A DNA stretch of 64,000 bases, taken from Octopus sinensis (taxonomy: Eukaryota). Under the pieces are notes generated by a model. The model was not told the origin of the DNA, did no database searches, and worked only from the letters and a program-made list of their open reading frames with translations. The position numbers were made by a program, and so were the translations under genes. Below, in pieces: positions 53,330 through 64,000 of the stretch. Every line of letters begins with the position of its first letter. The first letter of the stretch is position 1. The stretch is from NCBI RefSeq assembly GCF_006345805.1, contig NC_043007.1:47058001-47122000 (forward strand), given 5' to 3'.

Positions 53330-53369
53330 ATTGTTCTAAGATCAGAACCGGTTCTGATTTTAGAACAAT
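53330..53369. repeat. 40-bp spacerless palindrome
   Basis: attgttctaagatcagaaccggttctgattttagaacaat; one mismatched pair. Confidence 0.9.
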
Positions 53370-53703
53370 GTGACTGATAGTTCACGAGATAAGATTAATA
53401 AAAATTAATTAATACATAGGCAATACCTACAATTGTTTCAATTCATCGCTTATAATATTAAATGAATTAAATTGAAAATATAGTGAAAGCATTAAATAAT
53501 CAAACAGGAAAAAAAGTGTACCATTAAAATCAATACATAATATAAAAATATATAGTTATAAAAATAGTTTTTGTCACAAATTATAATAGATAACAATAAG
53601 GTTGATGAGGACATACACATGCAAAAATACGATAGTGATATATAAAAAAAAACAATAGACAGGTTATTAAATTATGGGAGTAGAGAAGTGTAATCACTAG
53701 GTG

Positions 53704-53764
<61 letters not shown>

Positions 53765-54279
53765 TACACATACACATGTACGCACACTCATATATACACA
53801 CAAATATATGCACACTCACACTCATATATAGATATGTATGTGTGTGCGTGTGTATGATTTCAATGCGAATCTTTTGTTAAGTATTGTCGAGTTTTACAAT
53901 TCTGTAAATATGAATAATCTTATTTTATAAACTTAAAGCATATAGTGATCAGCGCGCAATGACTCAGGAAAATAGTCTAATAATGGGGGCATGGAAGTCC
54001 TCCACAGAAAAAAAGCAGGTTTTCCCTACTCGATAAAAGTACATGTACATCTAAAAAATAAATATATAAATACATAAATGAATGATTGAATAAGTAGAGG
54101 AATGAATAAATAAATAAGAACCTGTACAAACAAATGAAAATATAAGAACTTATACAAATTCATAAATAAAAACAGAAACTCGACAACTTCTATAATGAGA
54201 GAAATTACAATACTACTACTACTAATATAACAACAACTACTACTATAATACTATTACTACTACTAATAATAATAGATTA

Positions 54280-54600
54280 TGTAGTTGTATCGGTGGACGC
54301 CTTAAGATCTTTGTAATGAAGATAATCTTTTATATAATGTGAGATTGATGCATTTAATAATAAGTATATGTATACTGGAGTGACATCTAATACATTTAAA
54401 ACCCGCTTCTTTAACCACTTAAATAGCTTTAAACAGGAAAAAGTTTAACAGGTCTGATTAAATTCATATGGAGGCTTCAAGATAAGGAAATGGATTTTAA
54501 GAGGGACTGGGATATTATCCGCCATGTTAAGTCTTGCAATATCGCAAAAACAGATGCGAGTTGAGCACTGAAGAGTTATATCAAATATTTATTTCCTGCG
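54280..54600 (+). pseudogene. Penelope-like element GIY-YIG endonuclease remnant
   Basis: Across frameshifts: CSC...LCNEDNLLYNV, YMYTGVTSNTFKTRFFNHLNSFKQEK, TGLIKFIWRLQDK...WDII, RCELSTEE. Confidence 0.75.
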
Positions 54601-55047
54601 GGTTAACTTCAAACATACATTCTCCAAAAGTTTTAGCCTGTACCCATGAGAGTAAATATCTTTTTGCAGAATATCAGTAGATTTCTAATATTTCATCAGT
54701 ATTAATAAATAATAAATTTGAGTGATTTTGTAATTTATTTATTAAGTTGATATTAATGTCATTAATATAAGCATTATTAATATTTATACAGATAATATAA
54801 CTCAGATATGGGATAGTCATTATATGCAATAAATTATTTTTCATTATGTAATTAATGGGCATTTATTGCTATAAATATCTAACATAATAGCTAATATCTA
54901 ATATAATTTATTAGGTTTATGCATTTATAAATTATATAGTGGTATATGATAACTCATTTTAACTAGTTTCACTATTTTGATTATATCTTATTTCTATTTC
55001 TTATTAAATATTCTAATGTAAGGTGATATGTGTGGGTGAAAAATATG

Positions 55048-55105
<58 letters not shown>

Positions 55106-55324
55106 TATATCTAATTTATATATATATATATATATATATTTATTTATGTATGTATTTATTTGCTCATATGTTTGTATATGTATTTATTTATTTATTCATT
55201 CATATCTTTGTTTGTTATAGATGCATGTGTACTCTTATCTATATATACGTGTTTGTGTGTGTATGAATGGATATATATATATATATATATATAGGCATGT
55301 ATGTGCACGTGTATATATATATAT

Positions 55325-55373
<49 letters not shown>

Positions 55374-55696
55374 TGTTTGTTTTTAGCACGTCACCGCTGG
55401 GATCATTTTCAAAAATCTATAACCCAAATAAAAAAAATCTAAAAATTTTTTTTAAACTTATTTCAGAAAGGCGTCCCTTTGTACCCCTCCCCAATAATTT
55501 TTTTTAAATATTAAACATGGTGGAAAATTAATTTCCTACCATTTCTTATAATAATAATGATGATGAGAAAGTCATAAAAATCAAGAATTTCTACTTAAAA
55601 AAACTTCATTACTGTATCATGTATATTCATATCTCAAGTTTAGGCAAATTTCATAGACTTAGGCCTTACCATCAGACAAATTGGGACATGAATATA

Positions 55697-56954
55697 TCAG
55701 GTCATCCCATAAGTTCTGTCTGAATTTTGAATAAAGAAAACAATTGATCCAATGTAATATTTAATTGAAATTTAATAATCAATGTACTTTCCCTTCTATC
55801 TATTTACAAGCTTTTTACTCCAATCAATGTAAAACTATTTTGTTTTCAGAGCGCAGAACTTTCAAATGTCAGTTTCGAACTCCTCCTGGCTTGCGAAAGT
55901 TATGTCCCCCAAATGATTCTGTAAACTACGAAAAAATGGTAGTCTGAAGGATCAAGGACAGGAGAATAAGGTGGATGAGGAATTTTTTCCCAACCAAGCT
56001 CTTCGATCTTTTGTGATATGATCTTTGCAGTGTGGGGTCGCGCATTATCCTGATGAAACATCACTCCTTTTCCATTCAGTAAAGCGGGTCGCTTTTTCTT
56101 CAAAGCTTGGTTCAAGCGCTCTAATTGCTGGCAGTAGAGTTGAGCATTGATTGTTGCATTAGGTGTTAACAATTCAAAGTGAATTATTCCTTAGCAATCT
56201 CACCAGATACAGTGAAGAAACTTTTCCCCCATGAAGTTCCCTTCTATGCTGTGGTTGAGCTTTTTTCTCTTTTACCAAGCCAATGTTTACGACGTTTAAC
56301 ATTTTGATAGAAGATCCACTTTTCGTCTCCAGTCACAAGTCAATCCAAAAAGGTGAAATGCGTTCGCAAGAATGGAGAGAAGAGCAGATGTCAACTCGGG
56401 AATTGCGGATGCTTTTGGACAATTCATGAGGCACCCATTTTCCAAGCTTAGTAACCTTTCCAAGTTGTTGAAGATGACGACGAACATTTGTATGGTGTGA
56501 ACTAAGCTTTATTACCAATTCTTCAACATAATGCAGGATTTTTTCAAATAATGCCTCAAGGAGCTTATCATCAATCTCATCTGGACGTCCTGTTCGATCT
56601 TCCTGTTCAACGCTGAAATCTTCACTTCTGAATTTTGCAAACCATCTTCAGCAAGTTCTTTCATTCAAGCATTATTTCCCATAAACTGAGTGTATGTTTC
56701 GAGTCTCTTCGGCTGCAGTGTTTCTTTTTTTTACTCATAAAGCATTATGTGCCTCAAATGCTCTTGGATATTTCCATGTTAGAAAGGATTTTAGTTAAAG
56801 AAAGTTTAATTCTATTATTGTGTAAAATTACATTTAATTATTTTAAATGTACACAAATGCATAAATATAATTTTTGCTTCCATTAGACATTCTAAAATGC
56901 TATTAAATTTCATTCAATTTTATAAAATTGGACAGAATTTATGGAATGACCTGA
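55697..56954 (-). mobile_element. Tc1/mariner (mariner, D,D34D) transposon, 1258 bp
   Basis: TIRs TCAGGTCATCCCATAAGTTCTGTC / GACAGAATTTATGGAATGACCTGA (2 mismatches); TA on both sides. Confidence 0.95.
55790..56777 (-). pseudogene. Mariner transposase, frameshifted
   Basis: HLRHIMLYE, WFAKFRS, WVPHELS, VTGDEKW, FHQDNARPH, HPPYSPVLDPSDY (34 residues between the 2nd and 3rd D). Confidence 0.93.
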
Positions 56955-57575
56955 TATAATACTGAAATGAATTTTTGTTAAATATCAATTCTCGATTTTC
57001 ATGACTTTCTCATCATTAATATTATAAGAAATGGTAGGAAATCAGTTTTCCACCATGTGGGGGAGATGTACAAAAGGGAATATTTCCCTTATTTCCATTA
57101 CACTCAAACAAAAATGTAATTTATGAATATCTTAATCTTCCAAAATCCTTTTCTCACACTTTCGGAAAATATTTTACCCATAAATTTCTTTATAATCGTG
57201 ATCCATGCCATTTGAAATGTATTTCATTAAAAGATCCCCATTTTCCTAAAAGTTATGAGGGAAAACATCAGATCTTGTGCATTTTTCGAAAGTCTTCTGC
57301 CCACACCCCGGTTTTTTTGGTGCAATTTTTTGTTTTCTTATTAGATTAATACACATCTTTTTACATCTATTACAATTGTTTTGTGGCCGGATGTTAAAGT
57401 AAACATTACCCGATGATTTTTGCTAAATTGGTGACTGTCCAACGCTGGAATAATTGTGTTCGAAATATTCCCTAACAAAACTTTTTTATACCATAACTAT
57501 ACTACAGAAAGTATGCTTTGCACCTCGTTTTGCTTGAACTTTGTGTGCGTACGTTATGCTGTTTGCAGTAGTCTT

Positions 57576-57962
57576 TTCTACTCTAAGCACAAGGCCCGAA
57601 GTTTTGGTTGAGGGGGACAGTCGATTAGATCGATCCCAGTACGCAACTGGTACTTAATTTATCGAACCCCAAAAGTTTAAAGAAAAGGTCGACCTCGGCG
57701 GAATTTGAACTCAGAATGTAAAGACAGTCGAAATACCTATTTCTTTACTACCTACAAGGGGCTAAATACAGAGGGGTCAAACAAGGACAGACAAACATAT
57801 TAAGTCGATTACGTGACCCCAGTGCGTAACTGGTACTTATTTAATCGAACCCGAAAGGCTAAAAGGCAAAGTCGACCTCGGCGAAATTTGAACTCAGAAT
57901 GTAGCGGCAGACGAAATACTGTTAAGCATTTCGCCCGGCGTGCTAACGATTCTGCCAGCTCG
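57576..57962 (-). mobile_element. Dimeric tRNA-derived SINE family B
   Basis: Same two-unit architecture and junction as 35670-36070. Confidence 0.85.
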
Positions 57963-57989
57963 ATGCATTTGCTATTTTCAATATTATCA

Positions 57990-59943
57990 ATTCTATGAGT
58001 GTCGATGTGTCTGTGAGTGTGTGTGTGTTTCCTCGTTCCTTACGTCTATAGTAAACTAGAGTAAAGGACATATTTTGTTGTTTTAATGAACCCACATCTT
58101 ATGAAGTAGCCATCCTTATTGTAGGTGATCCCCATGAAAAACGTGATATTCTTATTCGTGCTCGGGATTACAAACTTAAACGTGTTTCAGATATTCACTC
58201 CTCATATGCTACTTTCCAGTATCCTCTTATTTTGCGGAATGAACAAGGTGGATATCATTTCAACATTCCACACATTGAAGCTGCAACAGGAGAGCCAATT
58301 ACAAACAAAAAGGTGTCGTCAAATGACTTCTATTCTTACCAAATGACGATAAGTCCACAACAATCAAACCAGTTACACATGTAGCTTGATCTGTTTCAGC
58401 AACACCTGGTTGATACTTGTGCTAAAGTTGAGATCCAGCATCTCCTCTACATTCGTAACATTTTAAAAAATGGTATTTTCATCTCCAAGATGCTCTGAGG
58501 ACAGATGGTGATATTCAAAATATGGGGCAACTTCTAATCCACCTATCATCATTCACGGATGTTCCTCAATATATGCACCAACGAACACAATATGTTATGA
58601 CATATGTCAGGACATATGGAAAAGGAAATCTTTTTGTCACTTTCACCTGCAATTTTAAATGGGAGGAAATAAAATCTAACTGTCTTGTCTTGCATCTTCT
58701 GAATTTGCAGCTACCCTACTCAGTGGGGGAAGAAATGTTCATTCCATATTCTCCAACAAACTTGCCTCATTGTTTGGGATGAATGCTCTTCCATATCGTG
58801 GATCTCTAGAGGTACTTGACTGTACTCTCCAAGACATAAAAAAAATAATATCACGCTCATGGGAGGAGTAACAGTTCTTGCAGTAGATATTCGTCAAACG
58901 TTGCCAATTATCCCCAAACGACCAAAAGCTGATGCGGTCAATGCATGGTTAAAATAATCGTGCCTTTGGAGACATGTGAAAAAACCTTCATCTTACAAGC
59001 AACATGAGAATATTTCTACAGGGTGATCATACGAGCTTCTTGATATTGGTAATTGGTTATTAACCAAATCAAGACTTCTGTAACATGGATTTACGTGCAG
59101 TCAAATTATACGTTCTCTTAAGGATCTTATGGATAAAGTATTTCCAACTTTATCTGTCAATTACATTGATGAAAACTAGCTACGTGAAAGAGCTATTCTA
59201 GCTCCAGCTAATGAAATGGTTAACAAACTCTAGCATGAACATCTTCAAAAAGTTAACAGATATATCAGAAATGACTTTTTGATCAATTGACAACAGTCGA
59301 TCAAGATCACGTTATTCAATATACTGTTGAATTTTTGAACACACTTAAACATACTGGGATGCCAACGCATAGCTTGATACAAAAACTTGGTGCTCCCATT
59401 ATGTTGCTTAGGAATCTTGACCCACCTCACCTGTGAAATGGAACTCGCTTAAACGTTACTTCCATGAAGTCCCATGTCCTACAGGCAACAATCATAACCG
59501 GTAGTTACAAACGGGAAAATATCTTTATTCCAAAAATTCCTCTCATGCTTACACATGTTCCATTTGAATTTGAGACGCTTCAGTTTACAGTCAAAGTAAA
59601 TTTTGGTATTTCAATTAACAAATCTCAGGGTCAATCCCTCAAGGCAGTTACACTTGATCTTTTTTACTAAATGCTTCTCCCACAGTCAACTCTGTGTTGT
59701 TTGGTCGCGAGTTAGAAGCAGCAACAATTTATTCATTTGGACACGAACAAAACAATTACACAATGAACATTGTTTACCTTGAGGTGCTTCAATATTGACA
59801 GATTTTCAGTTCAAAATTCTATTATCATTGCAATTTGGATATTCTTTAATAAAATACAGATATTTTGAAATGATTATGAGAATATATCTTTATATTTGTT
59901 GTTTACTAATCTGAATAAGAACAACGCCGGGTCGTTCAGCTAG
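57990..59943 (+). mobile_element. Internally deleted Helitron (Rep-helicase remnant)
   Basis: Rep: YPLIL, LFQQHLVD..AKVE, SSFTDVPQYM...GKGNLFVTFTCN. Pif1 helicase: AATLLSGGR, LIVWDEC, DIRQTLP, MLLRNL...NGTRL, SINKSQGQSL. 3' end aacgccgggtcgtt..CTAG followed by T at 59944. The 5' end is uncertain. Confidence 0.9.
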
Positions 59944-60609
59944 TAGTATATAATAAGACGGACGTACAACATAACATGTGTCTTACATATTTAAATATAT
60001 CATGCTGTATAAGTTTAAGAAATGAATTAATAATTCCGTAAATTCATATTTCATTTTAGAATTTAAAACTTAAGAAAATAATTATTTACTTCAAAAGATA
60101 AATGAAAGTATTTTACATTTTCGTGTATTTTACAAAAAAAGAAAGAAAGAAAATAAAACTGTGTAAATTAGTATTTTTTCATTTATGCTTTGCTTTCAAT
60201 AATTTCCTTCCAGTTACAGTTCTGTGCAACACATATAACAGACGCAAAAATATGAATGAACAGTCACAAATTTGAAGTGCGCATATATTATGTTGTCTAT
60301 GTTACAAGGGCACAAAGTGATTCTACAATCCGTAACAGCTGATGCCATCGAATTATATTTCAATTATTCGATTATTTTATTTATTTCAGACTTCCAGGAC
60401 AATAGATTAATGTTCAAACTCTTATGATCGCATGAGTTTCTTCTTCTGAGCACGCAGGCTCCTTCACCATCAATTCTATTCGATATATTCGTTTAGTAAT
60501 AACCATTTCATCTTTTTCTATGTCTTTCAATACATTTCGACATTGTTCTGAAGTATGTAATGAACAAATATTCACGAACTATTCGTAAGTTTATAAGTTA
60601 AGTCAAGAT

Positions 60610-60640
<31 letters not shown>

Positions 60641-62063
60641 ACACATACACACATACATACACATACACGTATATATATATATACAAATATATACACGCAC
60701 ATATATATACATATATACGTACGTGTGTGTGTGTGTGAGAGAGAGCCAAGTCAATACCAAAGATTCTCATATATTCTCATATTGTGCTTACAATCAATGA
60801 TCAATCATCTCTCTTTCATCGGATAGGCCTCAGATCATCATTTTATATTAGTTACTATGAAACCCTTCTTTATAGTAGAATGGATAAACTTTGGAATGCC
60901 AAAAGGTGACTAACTTCCTTTAGCCGAAATTTGATCAATATATTGAGTAAATTGTATTTGATTTGCCGAATACCTACCGTTACCTAAGCTAGATAAAACT
61001 TCGACCAATATATATTCCATATGTTTCATATTTATGAATAAATATCTGGAAATATGAACAACTTTGTTGCGCCAGACAGAGAGAGATACCTTCAAAAGAA
61101 GGTCATATTTTGGGAGTTAGTAAACAATTAGAAAGGATTTATTGGGAAACTGTTAACACACTCAAAATGGGCATACTTTTAAAGTCAGTAAACTGATTAA
61201 TGGACTCAGTTTCTTTCTTCTAGTTATTTAGCTTTAACCGCTTCAAAGAATAACATTAATCACTTCAAACAAACTCTCCTTAACTGAAAATTGAGCAAAT
61301 TCAATTTTACTATGATTCATTTGGCAATCCTGGCTTCTACAAATGTAAATTCCAGACAGAAAGGTAACTGGAATTTAATAAAATTGATGCACCACTATCT
61401 TATTTTGATGTCTCCAAAATATCAAATTATGACAAACAGATGAGCGCTTATTACAGATCGATATCTGCTTTCAAGTGATGAATATTCCGGAAATTTTTGT
61501 CGACAATCAAACGAATGTCTGAATAATGAAGGCGCTATAAATATTTTATTCAAGCCATTAATGGCGTGAATATGCTTTACAGAAATTGGATATCAATCTT
61601 TCTGTGAAATAAATTGTGTAGCCCTTAGCATAAATAATATGGAATGTGCACTGTAAAAATAGCATATTGTCTTAATGTTTGAAGACTTGGCATATGAACA
61701 GAAAAAGGGCTTCCAGAACTGGCTCACGGCATAATGAAGGGAGAATGAATAATGCGAGAAATATAATCGCGCTTGAATAGATTCATGTTCACATTAAAAT
61801 TATTGTATCAAACCAGCTAGAGTTTGTTCTAAAGGCTTCTTTCTCATTACTTGTGACTCACTATTTCTAACCGACACAGCATATATGATTGTAAGGGATG
61901 AAAGAAAATATTGTACAAACTTCTGAGCCTCATCCATCGTTTTGGATACTAAGATTGTTATTTGAAGACAGCTAATTTCAGATTCTGTTAATTGATTTGA
62001 TGTTTAATCTCATAGCTTTGTCAGTTTTCCCTTTAAGAACTACGAATATTTATGATATATTAC

Positions 62064-62775
62064 TTGCTTCCCAACGACATGGTTCCGGGTTCAGTTCCAC
62101 TGCGTGGCACCTTGAGCAAGTGTTTTCTACTACAGCCTCGGGCCGACCAAAACCTTGTGAGTGGATTTGTTAGACAGAAACTGAACGAAGCTCCTCGTAT
62201 ATATATATAATTAGGATAGGTCATTATTTAAAGATTTATCAGTGGCCAGCATATTAGATACCATAATGGTTAATTTATATTAAAATTACAAGGGCATTGA
62301 ATAACTACAACGCCAGTCTGCTAGAAGTAGAACCCAAATGGTCTAGGAACCACCTAGATTATTACCCCATTATCACAATTGTAAGCGAAGAAACTAGACA
62401 GCGAGGATTTATAAAATGATTTGGATAGTACCATATCTATAGATTTCACGGTTTGAGTTATCATAAACACTTTCAGCTTTTAAAACGTATTCACGAATTT
62501 AAAATCCAAGCGTCTATTTCAGCCATGTGATTTTTTTACTAGACTATTTGCGGTCTACTTCTAGCAGACCAGCGTTTTAATTATTCAATTCCCTTACTGT
62601 CATTTATATAAATATATATATATATATATATGCTTGTGTGTGTATGTGTTTAGCAAAAGAGACCGATAGAATCAATACTAGGCTTACAAAGAATAAGTCC
62701 TAGGGTCGATTGGTTCGACAAAATGCGGTGCTCGAGCATGACCGCAGTCAATGACTGAAAGCAGTAAACGAAAGA
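62064..62775 (+). mobile_element. SINE family A split by a MITE insertion
   Basis: Head 62064-62198 and tail 62640-62775 match the 45030 copy. Confidence 0.85.
62278..62610. mobile_element. MITE-like element with about 70-bp TIRs
   Basis: aagggcattgaataactacaacgccagtctgctagaagtagaacccaaatggtctag mirrors ctagactatttgcggtctacttctagcagaccagcgttttaattattcaattccctt. Confidence 0.75.
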
Positions 62776-63014
62776 ATGAAAATACATTGATAGTGTTACT
62801 TTTAATGCTATATTATACTAGAGTATATAACTATGCCTTTTTACAAGTATAGAGAATATACTTTTGAGAATTATTAAGTTGCGAGCCTAAATAGATCCAG
62901 CCGCTATTTCGTATTCCATGGCTGATCTATAGAAGTAAATCAGATTTGTTATTATCCATTCCGTACTACGAATTTTGTTCCCTCATTATTTGTGCATACA
63001 ATACTTATTAGATT

Positions 63015-63235
63015 TAAGGCGGTGAGTTGATAATCCCATTAGTAGGCCGAGCAAAATGCTTTGCTATATTTCGTCTGTCGTTACATCTGAGGTCGAATTC
63101 AACCGAGGCTGACGTTACCGTTCATCCTTTCGGGATCAATGAATTAAGTACTAGTTGATCACTGAGGTTGATGTAATCGACTTACACGTTCTCCAAAATT
63201 GCTGACCTTGTGCCAAAATTTGAAAGCAATATTTA
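63015..63235 (+). mobile_element. Monomeric, diverged SINE family B copy
   Basis: aaggcggtgagttg head, ccgaggctgacgttaccgttcatcctttcgggatcaatgaattaagtac core, ccttgtgccaaaatttgaa tail. Confidence 0.75.
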
Positions 63236-64000
63236 TTAGATTTGCTTCATGTTTATCCCAGAATTATTAAATTTAGGATGCTTTCAAAATATTTAGGTCA
63301 GCGCAATATATTTCACTCTTTATTGAATTGCAAGTAGATTCTAGTTTCGTTATGTAAATGTGTGAGAGAAGGAGAGAGGTGTGTGCGTTACTGATGTTCT
63401 TATGTGCTTAAATATTAACAAATATGGTTTGAGAACCTTTTGTGCAGCAAACTGTAATGAAAGAAATACATTATAAAGGTAAAATATATTAAAAATGTGC
63501 ATGGTATAGAAGCTTAAAATATCCCCGAGCAGATTGTAGGTATATATGAGAATGTTTGAAGGAAATAACGATAGAAAATGATGAAAGATCAATGGTGCAT
63601 CATTATTAAAACAAGTAAATATGGCTATCAGAACGCAAGATCAAATATAAAAATCGATTGATAGAGGCGAGTATCACAAATATATATTTTCTGATATCGA
63701 TCAAAAGATAAAGTTCAGTGGACCACTGTATACAATGCTAGATATATTTGGTTCATTAAATTGGTTATCGTCTTGTTCAACAATTCTTTTGATGAGCATT
63801 CATAAACTTAAGTGATGTTAGCTTTCTTGTTGAAAGTACCTACTCTGCTTCGATGATGACCTTATTTCTTTTGTATATGTGGCTTCTTCCTTGACACAGT
63901 TTTCAATTTTTATTGCTGAAGATTGGACAGAACAATAAATTTAGATTGAAGTGGTTCTTCATATTTCCTGAGGAAATCAAATAATGTTATATCTATATAT

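Larger units (their letters stand above)
55470..57080. repeat. Diverged inverted-repeat element (about 120-bp arms) interrupted by the mariner
   Basis: catggtggaaaattaatttcctaccatttcttataat (about 55516) mirrors attataagaaatggtaggaaatcagttttccaccatg (about 57021); further matches on both sides. Confidence 0.65.

Noticed and set aside
1207-63592. Dozens of 60-200 aa ORFs rich in Y/I/M/C/V/H/T or L/S/F
   Set aside because: Translations of (TA)n, (CA)n and (CT)n microsatellites, or antisense to LINE ORFs.
1-64000. CRISPR arrays, rRNA genes or prokaryotic operons
   Set aside because: No repeat-spacer periodicity, rRNA signature or gene-dense region; the window is eukaryotic repeat-rich DNA.

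Overview
Very AT-rich, microsatellite-laden animal DNA with no confidently identifiable host gene. The repeat families look like octopod cephalopod ones, but that is from recall and unverified. Almost all ORFs in the track are artefacts of (TA)n/(CA)n/(CT)n tracts. Interpretable content is transposon-derived: two distinct, decayed CR1/L2-group (APE+RT) LINEs (8.7-12.9 kb and about 18.5-23.7 kb), an R4/Dong-like RLE retroelement fragment sitting in (TAA)n, a 1258-bp mariner, an internally deleted Helitron, two Penelope-like GIY-YIG remnants, several tRNA-derived SINE families, MITEs and fold-back repeats. The most notable unannotated signal is five minimal type-I hammerhead ribozyme folds (8188-8319, 24016-24088, 29719-29774 and a mirror pair at 45473-45557/45780-45864). 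They lie in short non-coding units beside (TA)n/(TAA)n tracts; three sit within inverted repeats, and one is a 240-bp terminally redundant monomer resembling a Penelope pLTR or retrozyme. Also notable: one LINE ORF1 combines a Myb/SANT-like domain with a CCCH zinc finger, and that LINE shares its 3' stem-loop (with compensatory changes) with a local SINE family. All alignments and folds were done by eye.
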